This document shows positions 29,262 through 39,342 of a stretch of DNA of 64,000 nucleotides, piece by piece (positions within the stretch are counted from its first letter, which is position 1; every line of letters begins with the position of its first letter). A model generated the notes under the pieces. The model saw nothing but the letters and a program-made list of their open reading frames with translations. It did not search any database and had not been told where the DNA came from. The DNA is from Candidatus Heimdallarchaeota archaeon (GTDB lineage Archaea > Asgardarchaeota > Heimdallarchaeia > Heimdallarchaeales > Heimdallarchaeaceae): the NCBI GenBank assembly GCA_030603365.1, contig JAUVXV010000013.1, forward strand, positions 68,330 through 132,329, given 5' to 3'. Position numbers and translations under genes: made by a program.

Positions 29262-31187
29262 ATGAAAAGGAATTTTGCTAAGAAATTAGAAGAAATTGAA
29301 CAGCTTATATTTAGAGGTAAATATAATGCAGCATTAGCTGAAATTGATACTATATATATCAGTAAAGGGATTACCAATGAAGAAAGGATAAGATGCAAAA
29401 TCTTTAAAGCAAGGATTTACCTGATAATCTTTCCTTATTCTAAAGCTATCAAATACGCAGAGGAAGCTTATGAAGAGAGTAAGAGGTTAGAAAATAAAGA
29501 ACTAATGTTTGATTCTTTAATAATTCTACCTAGAGCTTACTACTACCCAGGAGAATTTGAATTAATAAAAGAAAAAACAAAACAGGCTATAGATGTATTA
29601 GATTCCTTTGAAAACAAGGATTCAGTAGCATACTTAAAAAGAAAAGCTGTTTTACCTCTTCTTCAAGGACAGCGGTATTACACATCGTTTTCAGATATAG
29701 AAAAAAGTTTAGTTGCTTCAGAAAAACTGGGGATAGATGCACTGAAAGTTGATTCCTATCTCTCTCTTGGATCAAGACACCTATGGTCTGGAAATCTGGA
29801 TAAGGCATTAAATTATGCACTAATGAGTTTAGAAATTAGCGACAAAATAAACTATCACTTTGGAAAAGTAATTGGTCTTGCTCAAATAGTAGTAATATAC
29901 TTGCAGAAAGGTGAATTGAATCTTTCAAGAGAATATGTTTTTAAAAGTCTAGCAATGTATGAACCGAAAGATAGGAACCCATATTTTGAGGCTTGTATGT
30001 TAATAAATCTAGGCACAATATATTGGTTCAAAAGAGACCTATCAAATTCTTTGAAATACTATGAGAAAGCTTCAGCGCTATTAAAAAAATCTAAGGTAGT
30101 AAAAACATATCACTATTCTGTGAGTCTCTCACGAATTAATACCATTCTTATTGAACTAGGTAAAAACAAAGAAGTTTTACAGAACATCAAGCAAATTGAA
30201 GATTTGTACTTATCTAACCGTCAGCATATTATCAAGAAGATTCTTAATCTGTCTAAAGCAACTTATCTAAAATCTAAATCTAAAGAATCTGATATCAATG
30301 AAGCTATTTCTCTTCTAGAAGAATTTGCTGATGATTCAATTGCTTATCTAGAACTAAATGGATTGATTGTATTTCATTTGTGTGATTTATATCTCAAGAA
30401 AATCACAACATTTAATGATCTACAGATTTATGAGAAACTTAAGCACAAAGTGAAAACGCTAGGACAAATGGCAGAACATGATAATTCGAATATCTTGCTT
30501 GCACAGTCTCTTCTTCTTCAATCAAAACTAGAGTTGATTGATTTCAATGTGAAAGAAGGGCAGCTATTGTTGGAGAAGGCACAGAAAATAGCCGAAGAAA
30601 AGGGAATCACACATCTCGCTAAAGTGATTTCTGGTGAATATGATATTCTGTTAGACCAACTTAGTAGATGGCAAGAGATGTCAACCTACATTCCAAGTCT
30701 AGAAGAACGATTTGAGTTTACACATATTGAAGATCTTTTAGCGAGAATGATAAGAAATAATGCCCTTTATATGGATATTCAAGATGAGAAAGAACAACCA
30801 TATTTCTTTCTAATTATGAATAAAGGAGGTACAATTATTTTCTCTGAAAAATTCAGCAAAACCCCCTTGGGTAACGATTTACTCCAAGGAATTCAGAAAA
30901 TTATCAATGAAAGTGTTCGTAGCGTGTCGTTACAAGATGACAGAATTAAACGAATTAAATACCAGCACTACACCATTGCTATTAGTTTTCAAGAAGACGT
31001 GTTACTAATCTATGTGTTCGTTGGCCAATCTTATCTTGCTGTTCAAAAACTCCATTCCTTAGAAGATGAAATTCGTTCTTTCACACAGGAATGGAGTAAA
31101 TACTACAGAGAATTTAAAACCAATCAAGAATTATCTCTTCAAGAAAGGATGAATCTTTGTAAATCATTAGAAAAAGCCTTCGTATGA
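29262..31187 (+). CDS. TPR-repeat protein with C-terminal longin/roadblock-like domain, copy 2
   Basis: Full-length paralogue of 26555..28498 (FHLCD, LEKAQKIAEEKG, THIED, YVFVGQSY). Confidence 0.82.
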   Translation: MKRNFAKKLEEIEQLIFRGKYNAALAEIDTIYISKGITNEERIRCKIFKARIYLIIFPYSKAIKYAEEAYEESKRLENKELMFDSLIILPRAYYYPGEFELIKEKTKQAIDVLDSFENKDSVAYLKRKAVLPLLQGQRYYTSFSDIEKSLVASEKLGIDALKVDSYLSLGSRHLWSGNLDKALNYALMSLEISDKINYHFGKVIGLAQIVVIYLQKGELNLSREYVFKSLAMYEPKDRNPYFEACMLINLGTIYWFKRDLSNSLKYYEKASALLKKSKVVKTYHYSVSLSRINTILIELGKNKEVLQNIKQIEDLYLSNRQHIIKKILNLSKATYLKSKSKESDINEAISLLEEFADDSIAYLELNGLIVFHLCDLYLKKITTFNDLQIYEKLKHKVKTLGQMAEHDNSNILLAQSLLLQSKLELIDFNVKEGQLLLEKAQKIAEEKGITHLAKVISGEYDILLDQLSRWQEMSTYIPSLEERFEFTHIEDLLARMIRNNALYMDIQDEKEQPYFFLIMNKGGTIIFSEKFSKTPLGNDLLQGIQKIINESVRSVSLQDDRIKRIKYQHYTIAISFQEDVLLIYVFVGQSYLAVQKLHSLEDEIRSFTQEWSKYYREFKTNQELSLQERMNLCKSLEKAFV

Positions 31188-31223
31188 GATAATTTCCTAT
31201 GAGTTGTTATCTACTAGATTGGA

Positions 31224-31934
31224 CTATTCGAGTGAATATTCAAGGGTAGCTAATGCATGAATTGTAGTTGTATCAAAAACTGGTATAGGACAATCCTCTT
31301 GTTGAATTAACAAAGGAATTTCCGTACATCCCAGAATCACTCCTTCTGCTCCCTCCTCTTTTAGTCTCTCAATTACCTCAAGATATCCTTTCTTAGATTC
31401 ATGAGTTAGAATATGAAATGTTAATTCATCAAAAATTACTTTGTTCACATATTCCTGATCCTCTTCATTGGGAACAATAATTTCTAGGCTATACTTTTGA
31501 AACACTTTCTGGAAGAAATCTAATTGCATAGTAAAGATAGTTCCCAATAATCCTACTTTTTTCAAACTTAGGGATTTTACAGCTTCAGCAGTCACATCTA
31601 ATATACTAATCATTGGGGTTTCAATTTCGTTTTCAACTCTATCGAAGACTTTGTGGACAGTGTTAGTTGCGATGATGATGACTTCAGCTCCAGCTTTTTC
31701 TAAATTTACTGCAGATTGGTGAATAATATTGAATACACCATCCCAATTACCTTGACTCATTAAGCCTACAACCTCGCTTAAATCTAAGCTATCGATGATT
31801 AGTAATGGAGAAGATGAACCGCCTACTCTTCTATTATACTCTTTAATCAAGATTTTATAATATTCAACAGAAGATTCAGCACTTAAACCACCTATAATAC
31901 CTATTTTCTTCATTAAATCTATATTGAACTCCAT
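31224..31934 (-). CDS. Aspartate/glutamate racemase family (YgeA/RacX-like)
   Basis: IGIIGGLS, ATNTVH, GLLGT, ILGCTEIP. Confidence 0.92.
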   Translation of the reverse strand: MEFNIDLMKKIGIIGGLSAESSVEYYKILIKEYNRRVGGSSSPLLIIDSLDLSEVVGLMSQGNWDGVFNIIHQSAVNLEKAGAEVIIIATNTVHKVFDRVENEIETPMISILDVTAEAVKSLSLKKVGLLGTIFTMQLDFFQKVFQKYSLEIIVPNEEDQEYVNKVIFDELTFHILTHESKKGYLEVIERLKEEGAEGVILGCTEIPLLIQQEDCPIPVFDTTTIHALATLEYSLE

Positions 31935-32008
31935 TCTCTTATAATTTTCTCATTGAATATGGTCACATATCTGGAAAAAACTTAAAATTCGATTTCTCGA
32001 TTTATTAT

Positions 32009-32794
32009 TTGGTGTTAAAACTGTTTTATAATATAAATGGAATTAAGATGAACACTGTTTCTTTTGGCTCTGGCGAAGATACCTTCTTAGGAATCAGCGG
32101 TTTTGTAGCTGATTGGCATGTCTGGATGAATGTTTTCGAACTATTAAGTACAAAGATGAGGTGTGTAGGGTACGATCATCGCGGTTCAGGAGAAAGTGTT
32201 GCTCTTCCAGAAACTATCACTAAACAAGCTTATGTTGATGATTTAATTAGTGTGATGGATAAATTAGGCGTAGAGCAATGTATTCTAGGAGGAGAGTCTT
32301 TTGGAGGAACAATAGCTATTCTAGCTGTCTTGCAGCATCCTGAACGTTTCAAAGGCTTAGTAATCGTAGATACCTCTAATTCAAGTGCAGTGCCTCTTAA
32401 TGAAGGACAAAAACAATTTATCAATTTAATCAAATCAAATCACTTGTTAGCAATGCAAGAATTCATCAATAGTGTCTTTCCAGAACCGGACTCTGAACAC
32501 TTTAAACGCTGGGGAGTTCGCATCTGTATGAAACCTAAACCTGAAGTTGCAGTTCGTTGTGTTGAATTAGGATCTGAAGGCGACACTAATGTACAAGTTC
32601 AAGATATTGAGATTCCAACTCTTATTGTTTATGGAGATAAAGATTCTGAAGCAGCAACAAAACATTGTACTTATCTGGCTAAGGCTATTCCTAATGCTAC
32701 ACTAAAGGTAGTTGAAGGAGCAGGACATGTTCCAATACTTACTCGACCATATGAAGTTGTAGAAGCAATAGAAAAGAGATTTTCGAACATTTGA
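32009..32794 (+). CDS. Alpha/beta hydrolase
   Basis: YDHRGSGES, GESFGG nucleophile elbow, PTLIVYGDKD, GAGH. Confidence 0.92.
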   Translation: MVLKLFYNINGIKMNTVSFGSGEDTFLGISGFVADWHVWMNVFELLSTKMRCVGYDHRGSGESVALPETITKQAYVDDLISVMDKLGVEQCILGGESFGGTIAILAVLQHPERFKGLVIVDTSNSSAVPLNEGQKQFINLIKSNHLLAMQEFINSVFPEPDSEHFKRWGVRICMKPKPEVAVRCVELGSEGDTNVQVQDIEIPTLIVYGDKDSEAATKHCTYLAKAIPNATLKVVEGAGHVPILTRPYEVVEAIEKRFSNI

Positions 32795-32896
32795 TGATTG
32801 AGAAAAACATCTACTTCATTTTTCTAAAGTTGTTCACTTTAGTTGTTTAAATGAGAACCTATTCAAAAAAGGGAGAACAAGATATGTTGAGCAAAA

Positions 32897-33934
32897 ATGA
32901 AAAACAAATTACTCAAACTAACATTCGGATTAGCTTTCCTGACTTTGCTTATAGCAAGTCAAGTAAGTGCAGACGACCAAGATTTCTTATGGGAAGAAAA
33001 CAGTAACCAAGTGACATTTTCATATTATGATATGCACTTTATAGCTAAAGCTGGAGGACAAGTTCCTAAATTCCAGTTTATGACTGACGCAGGTTTTGAA
33101 TATGCAATTATGTTCCATTCACTAACTGAATATCTAGATTATAATGAAGATGGAGTATTCCAGTTCAATGAAACAGGTTTATGGAAAGAAGAAGCTCCTC
33201 CAGGACCAGTATTCTCAAATACACTTCCATTATCAAGTGTAAGGTTTACTTTTAGTGGTTTTGATGTAGAATACACTGAAGGAACTGAAGAATTATCTGC
33301 TGTTCATTTCAACTATACTTCTGACACAATTAATGCACCAAACTATGGTGATTTCGATATAACAATTGTAGTTCATCTATACCTTGCAGACCAAGATATT
33401 GATGGTTATGAACTAAAAGGTGGTCAAGAGATGAAATTCGACATCATCATGAACAACTGGCCATGGCAAAGAGAAGACACAAACCTTGCTTTGCGATTTG
33501 ACCTCATACCAATGAACACAGCATACAATTACAGACTTAACGATACTAATGGTAATACTGTAAATGCAAATGAAAACACAACTGGTTATGAATACAAAGT
33601 ACTCAATCATGGAGATGCTGTGAAAGAACAGTTCTCAATTGGTGAAGAACAATACCAAGCTTTCTTTGCTTATGCAAATCAAGCCCAATATTTGATCAAC
33701 AATTCCTATGAATATAAGACAGTTAATTGTTCAGTCTCTTCTTTAGGTGATGGTACCGTCCAAACTTATTTGAGCTTTGAGCACTTCAATGATGAAGTAA
33801 CCTACGATCCCTCAATAGGTACTCTTGAAGACCCAGTAATTGATGAAACTGGCTTTGGAGTTGTAGAAATCGTTACCATAAGTGCTGTATCCGTACTAGC
33901 AATTACACTATTAACCCGAAAACTAAAGAAGTAA
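32897..33934 (+). CDS. Acidic cell-surface protein with C-terminal TM anchor
   Basis: Signal peptide, DYNEDG, KFDIIMNNWPW, YDPSIG, TM + RKLKK. Confidence 0.8.
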   Translation: MKNKLLKLTFGLAFLTLLIASQVSADDQDFLWEENSNQVTFSYYDMHFIAKAGGQVPKFQFMTDAGFEYAIMFHSLTEYLDYNEDGVFQFNETGLWKEEAPPGPVFSNTLPLSSVRFTFSGFDVEYTEGTEELSAVHFNYTSDTINAPNYGDFDITIVVHLYLADQDIDGYELKGGQEMKFDIIMNNWPWQREDTNLALRFDLIPMNTAYNYRLNDTNGNTVNANENTTGYEYKVLNHGDAVKEQFSIGEEQYQAFFAYANQAQYLINNSYEYKTVNCSVSSLGDGTVQTYLSFEHFNDEVTYDPSIGTLEDPVIDETGFGVVEIVTISAVSVLAITLLTRKLKK

Positions 33935-33968
33935 TGCAGAACTTCTTCCTCTTTTTCTATTTTTTCTT

Positions 33969-35450
33969 TTATTTTTCCAAACTGATTTTATTGAAGACTC
34001 CTGTCTTTTTATGGTATACATCTAAATCCATTTTGACTTGTCTTAGTTTCTTTCCATGCAGAGGATAGAAATACAATGCTATGAAAGCTAAGGCAATAAA
34101 AACCAGTGGTAAAATACCTGTCCCTAATCGGAACCCAAAAACAACACTCGATTCGGTACCAAATCGAGTAATCAATTCAGAAAGTCTAGATGTATCAGCG
34201 AAATTCAATTTATCTAGTCTAAAAGAACCATATCCGTAGAATCCAGTAATCGCTGTGAAAGCAAAAATAATGAGAGAAGAAGCTGGTTTCGTAACTAAAG
34301 CATTTGTTCCAAAATACATTCCTTCTCTACGTCTTTTTGTCTTGAGTTCATCTTCATCTGCAATATCACCAATCATAGGATTTACAAGAAGCCACCAAAG
34401 TGAAGACATCCATAAACAGAAACCATAGGAAATAGTCATAAGAACCATAGACTTGAAGAAGAATAACCCCAAATATCCTAACACCATCAGTACCAAAGCT
34501 ATGAAGAACGTATTTCTTAAGCCAAATCTTTTCTGAAGTTTCTCATATGTAAACAATAATGGAATATACAACACTCCTGTTACTGCGCTAACGATTAATA
34601 CTTGCGTTGAATCAAGAGCAAATACAAAATCGAAGTAGAATGGCATGACTGCAATTAAATTGAGATTCACCGCATTCATCATAAAAGCGAAAATAACATA
34701 GAAGATAAATGATTTTGACTTAAAGGTCTCTTTGATAGCTTTGAATATTGGTAAGGGTTCTATTCCTTCCACTTCAAGCGAGTGTTCTTTTAGTTTCCAT
34801 GCTCCAAAAGCCATGAAGACTGCAGCTACTACACCACCTGCAATAAAAATCAAGGCAATGATTGAATCTTTACCTGATAATAATACTTCTGAAGTTAACA
34901 CCAAATTGGGAACAAAGGATGCTATACCTAGTGGTACGAAACTAATTACCATTGCAATTAGGATTATTCTAGTACGCTCATTAGTGTTTGTAGTTTGATC
35001 AGTTTGAAGAGCACTCAGATTTAAACCAGCTATTGTTAAACCAGTATCGAAAATGAATAGAGAAAACAATAGGAATATGAAGAGACCAATTTGCGAATCA
35101 ATAGGAAAAGCTAACCACAACATCACGTATCCAATGAAGTATATTGGAGTAGAACGACGAATGAAGAAGGTTCTCTTTCCTCTTTTATCAAGTTTCTTCT
35201 TGTCAGACCAATAACCAAATACTGGGTCATTAATAGCATTCCAAACAGCAAAGATGATCATAACAAAACCATAGTTTATAGGATTCATATCAAGAACTTT
35301 AACATAAAAACCGAATAAAGCTCCAGCATAAAAAAGACTGAACATATCGGTTCCAGTTTTTGTAAGACCCATATAGATTCGTTGTCGAGAGGAGACTCTT
35401 TGATCAGTTATATCCAAATTGTCTGTACCACTTGGATTGTTGTTGCTCAT
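33969..35450 (-). CDS. MFS transporter, MelB/GPH family
   Basis: WNAINDPVFGYWSD and GDIADEDELKTKRRREGMYFG. Confidence 0.92.
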   Translation of the reverse strand: MSNNNPSGTDNLDITDQRVSSRQRIYMGLTKTGTDMFSLFYAGALFGFYVKVLDMNPINYGFVMIIFAVWNAINDPVFGYWSDKKKLDKRGKRTFFIRRSTPIYFIGYVMLWLAFPIDSQIGLFIFLLFSLFIFDTGLTIAGLNLSALQTDQTTNTNERTRIILIAMVISFVPLGIASFVPNLVLTSEVLLSGKDSIIALIFIAGGVVAAVFMAFGAWKLKEHSLEVEGIEPLPIFKAIKETFKSKSFIFYVIFAFMMNAVNLNLIAVMPFYFDFVFALDSTQVLIVSAVTGVLYIPLLFTYEKLQKRFGLRNTFFIALVLMVLGYLGLFFFKSMVLMTISYGFCLWMSSLWWLLVNPMIGDIADEDELKTKRRREGMYFGTNALVTKPASSLIIFAFTAITGFYGYGSFRLDKLNFADTSRLSELITRFGTESSVVFGFRLGTGILPLVFIALAFIALYFYPLHGKKLRQVKMDLDVYHKKTGVFNKISLEK

Positions 35451-35660
35451 GTCCTTACCTTTCCATAGGTTAATTGTCTATATATATCAATTTTACCTAC
35501 AGAAATGAGCATTGTATCTAGAAGAAAAACAATCAATTTATGATTCATTATTCCCTTGTTAACCGGATAACTGATTGTGAAAGGATGGTGAAATCTTCTA
35601 AAACAAATAAACTTATAAGAATCCTTTCGATATGTGGTTTGCTTATACAGGATGATTCTG

Positions 35661-36104
35661 ATGCCAGATATTCTTTCTTCTGAAAAATCGGAAATTAGAG
35701 CCATAGCTCAAAAATATGCTCAATCGCTATGGACAATTCCATTTGATAAAGGGATTGTTGCATATGTTAAAACGAACAATAAATTATTCATTCATCCTGC
35801 TCGGTGGAGATTTTGTTTTAAATGTGGGATGATACTGAAAACAAGTCTCAGTAAAAAAGTAGATACTGAGGATGAAACAAAGGATCACTCATGCATTTTG
35901 GAGTTTGAAGAGGTTCCATTATTGATTAAGACTTCATGGTTTCAATTGAGAAAATTTTTCTTAATAGAACAAACACATAAAAAAATCTTACAGGAAATTG
36001 GGCTATCAGAACTTCCTAAACCAGTCATTATTACTAAACTACATGATAAGCAAGAAATAGCTGAAACAGAGACCCCAGAAACTGTTGCTGAAGAATCTTT
36101 GTGA
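35661..36104 (+). CDS. Zinc-binding family, copy Z5
   Basis: MPDI start like Z1 and Z4; PARWRFCFKCG...HSC...PLLIKTSWFQLRKFFL. Confidence 0.85.
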   Translation: MPDILSSEKSEIRAIAQKYAQSLWTIPFDKGIVAYVKTNNKLFIHPARWRFCFKCGMILKTSLSKKVDTEDETKDHSCILEFEEVPLLIKTSWFQLRKFFLIEQTHKKILQEIGLSELPKPVIITKLHDKQEIAETETPETVAEESL

Positions 36105-36153
36105 TTACTATTAATTCTTAGTCACCTTTACTTAGTTCTACACAATACTTATA

Positions 36154-36194
36154 TGTAGCAATATTGTAACATAATATGTGACAAATATGTTACA
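36154..36194 (+). promoter_or_regulatory. Array of four TGTnnCA boxes at 11-12 bp spacing
   Basis: tgtagca 36154, tgtaaca 36165, tgtgaca 36177, tgttaca 36188. Confidence 0.55.
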
Positions 36195-36208
36195 TGTAGG
36201 CTGAGTAG

Positions 36209-37525
36209 ATGAAGAAAAAAAACATAATGAAGATAATTATGGTGTCCTTTTTAATTCTGTTTCTGGCTTTTTATTGTGATTTGACTTTCAGCACATCTTC
36301 AGTAATAAACAATGGAATCCACCCCATACTTAATGCAGATCCGTTTATTGTTATCGATGATGATTCTGATTTTTCAAGTTATCCAGGTTATGGAAATGAG
36401 ACACACCCCTATATTATTGAAGGGTTCGACATTGAAGCCCAAACCAGTGATGATGTAGGGATTAATATAACTGGAACAACTATGCATTTTGAAATAAGGA
36501 ATAATGATATCACTGCAGCTGTGTTAGTAGAAGGAGGTATCGGAATTTATGTGAGCAATATTGCACCTAATACTGCTAAAATAATCAATAACAGAGTTAG
36601 GTCTTACAGGACTATCATGTATGTTGAAGAAGCAGAAGGAGTAATAATAAAAGATAACACCTGCCGAAGAATAGGAGTAACTGGGATTGATATAGAACAT
36701 AGCCCATTTGCTACAGTAGAAAATAATGCATTGTACGAACTTAATCCGCCTGAAACGAAGGGAAGTGAAACGTTTATAGATGCTTTAGATGCCGGTGAAC
36801 CTGATAAATACTTTGCAATATATCTTGAGAATAGTTCAGATAGCAATATTACTGCAAATTATGTTGATTTAGATGCTAATACGGTAATAGCCGGTGCAGG
36901 TATTGTAGTCTTTAGCTCAGACAGAATCATAATAGAAGATAATATTGTGAGAAATATTAGAATAGACATTGGTACTTACGAATATCTTGAAAAAGGAGGA
37001 TTATATTTAGAAGATGTTTCTTACGCAACCATTTTCAATAATACTGTTGAACAAACTGATAAATGCAATGTTGTCGCTACAACTTGTGATAATCTTGTGA
37101 TATCAAATAATACCTTTGGAGTTAGCCAAAGCTATGGTATAGTTTTTACAACTACAAGTAACTCCAATATCACATATAATGTCATTCAAGACCATCCAAG
37201 CTTTGGAGTTGATATATCTTCAGGATCAGAAAATAATACTATACATCACAATCATTTCATAGATAACAACGATGGAGGTTCACAAGCAAGAGATTCTGGA
37301 ACAAATAATATTTGGTGGGATATAAATACTAGTGAAGGAAATTGGTGGAATGATTGGACTGGGGGAAATTATGATATTAGTGGAACTGCTGCTTCTGTTG
37401 ATCCTTTCCCACTTGGAGACCCGATAATTGTACCTGAGTTTTCAAAGCAAATTATCGTTTTGTTGTTGCTTATGTCAACATCTATTGCAGTAGTTCCATT
37501 TATTAGAAAAAGAAAGAATAATTAG
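36209..37525 (+). CDS. NosD/parallel beta-helix surface protein with PEF-CTERM-like anchor
   Basis: GYGNETHPYIIE, beta-helix repeats, GNWWNDW, VPEF + TM + RKRK. Confidence 0.88.
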   Translation: MKKKNIMKIIMVSFLILFLAFYCDLTFSTSSVINNGIHPILNADPFIVIDDDSDFSSYPGYGNETHPYIIEGFDIEAQTSDDVGINITGTTMHFEIRNNDITAAVLVEGGIGIYVSNIAPNTAKIINNRVRSYRTIMYVEEAEGVIIKDNTCRRIGVTGIDIEHSPFATVENNALYELNPPETKGSETFIDALDAGEPDKYFAIYLENSSDSNITANYVDLDANTVIAGAGIVVFSSDRIIIEDNIVRNIRIDIGTYEYLEKGGLYLEDVSYATIFNNTVEQTDKCNVVATTCDNLVISNNTFGVSQSYGIVFTTTSNSNITYNVIQDHPSFGVDISSGSENNTIHHNHFIDNNDGGSQARDSGTNNIWWDINTSEGNWWNDWTGGNYDISGTAASVDPFPLGDPIIVPEFSKQIIVLLLLMSTSIAVVPFIRKRKNN

Positions 37526-37717
37526 ATAGTTTGTCTAATTTTATTCATTTTTTTTTATTTTCCATGTGTATCTCACTTCAAACTATTATCTTTCTAGAAT
37601 TTGCAAGGAGATATTCCTTCAGATTACAGTTTTTCGAGAAAACTTTATTTTAGTAGAAATTCGTATAGTCAGAATTCAATAAATTCAATTTTAAAAAAAG
37701 GAAAAAGTAAGAAACAC

Positions 37718-38902
37718 CTACCTTTTTCGAATTGCATAACTAATAGTACCTATAAATGATATTAACAAGATTATTGAAAGGATACTGATTGGATATTCTG
37801 GTATAAGTTCAAGATCTACCGGAGAACCAAGTGGGTAGGGATCATAATTTGAAGCAGTACCATCAATATCATAAACTCCTGGACTTACATAGTCACTCCA
37901 GTAGTTTCCTTCATTTATTGCTGAATCATACCATTCACAGTCTCTATGACCTGTAATAAAATCTTCAATAGCTTGTGATGTACCTCCAGCATTGTTTCCA
38001 ATGAAGTTGTTATGATGAATAACACATTCATCAGTATTATTGACTATATCAACACCATAATCTCCATTACCTTCAATTTCATTAAATTGTATGCGGGTGT
38101 AATCAGAAGAAGCTAGGTATATACCTTGCATTCCATTCTCACATATTGAATTATTTTCTATAATTGTATATAGTGAGCTTACTATAACAAATCCAATGTT
38201 GCCATTACTTGAAATGTCATTATAGACATAGGTATTAGAATTACTCACCTCATTTGATATTCCATGCAATCCGTTATCAATTAAGATATTTCTCTTAAAC
38301 ATACCATCATCTGAACCATTATCTACATAAATTCCTTCATCACCATTTTGATAGCAAGTATTATTTTCAATCCACAATGCTGTACATATATCAACTCTAA
38401 TTCCAGTATGGAAATTATAGTTACAATTACAATTAATCACTGTTGCTCCATTGCATCTAATCAGATGAATACCAATACCATCTCCAGCAAGTGTATTTAC
38501 ACAGGTACAGTTGTCTATAGTTACTAAATTTGGTTGTGCATCTATAATTAGTATACAAACATCAATTGCTGTTATCCAACAATCTCTTATTATGAAATTA
38601 ACAGTTATTTGACCGCTAGCTGTTCCATTGATTAATATCCCCCACGGACCTCCACTTGTTATGTTATAGTTCTCAATTACATAAGGATCATCAGGAGAAC
38701 CAACTCCTGAAGTAGCGTAATCTGTGAAATTGTCATCATGTGTTATTATTATATCTGGTATCTCAACTAAATCATCAATTGTGATTTGTGCTTTAGAATC
38801 GTTTTGACGAGATAATGTTATCTGTGAATTCAAAATCAAACCTAAACTGAACAGTATCAGGAAGAGCCCAATACCTAATCCCATTTTATTTATCTTTTTC
38901 AT
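37718..38902 (-). CDS. NosD/parallel beta-helix surface protein with PEY variant anchor
   Basis: GVGSPDDPYVIEN, repeats, GNYWSDY, IPEY + TM + RKR. Confidence 0.88.
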   Translation of the reverse strand: MKKINKMGLGIGLFLILFSLGLILNSQITLSRQNDSKAQITIDDLVEIPDIIITHDDNFTDYATSGVGSPDDPYVIENYNITSGGPWGILINGTASGQITVNFIIRDCWITAIDVCILIIDAQPNLVTIDNCTCVNTLAGDGIGIHLIRCNGATVINCNCNYNFHTGIRVDICTALWIENNTCYQNGDEGIYVDNGSDDGMFKRNILIDNGLHGISNEVSNSNTYVYNDISSNGNIGFVIVSSLYTIIENNSICENGMQGIYLASSDYTRIQFNEIEGNGDYGVDIVNNTDECVIHHNNFIGNNAGGTSQAIEDFITGHRDCEWYDSAINEGNYWSDYVSPGVYDIDGTASNYDPYPLGSPVDLELIPEYPISILSIILLISFIGTISYAIRKR

Positions 38903-39009
38903 ATTATCACCAAGGATTGGCTCTAATATTATAACTATGGAATTTAACTTATATATCTTCCTTGAAAATTCACATTTTGTCGACTAAACCTTTATTTGAG
39001 TAAAATATT

Positions 39010-39219
39010 ATGTTTTCTTTGATACAAATAGGCGCATTACCTAATGCAGTGTATTGTTTTACTCGTGGAGAAAAATTCACTAAAAGTGATCCAGAAGGTT
39101 ATGAAGCCTGTCCTTCATGCGGAGAAGGATTCAATGACCTTTCTGAGGTTAAATTAAGATTTTTCTTAAATCTGTTCAATCGAAGTGTTTTAAAGCGCAC
39201 TCCACAAGAACTCTTGTAG
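39010..39219 (+). pseudogene. Degenerate zinc-ribbon remnant
   Basis: YCFTRGE...CPSCGE: the first knuckle has CGT where TGT (Cys) is expected. The 3' part overlaps the DEAD-box promoter. Confidence 0.4.
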
Positions 39220-39342
39220 TTGAGGAAGATTAGAAATAAGTAATTATTTTGTTTAAGTTTTTTTCAACGTCCAAATAATTACTTAGAATCAGACCTCAGA
39301 AACTGATACTTGATTTTAGGTTAGACCATAGAAGTGGTATCA
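39188..39342 (+). promoter_or_regulatory. Promoter and ~124 nt leader of DEAD-box gene 2
   Basis: ttttaaag 39188; agttgaggaagattaga 39218-39234; 13-bp IR 39237-39249/39273-39285. Confidence 0.7.
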
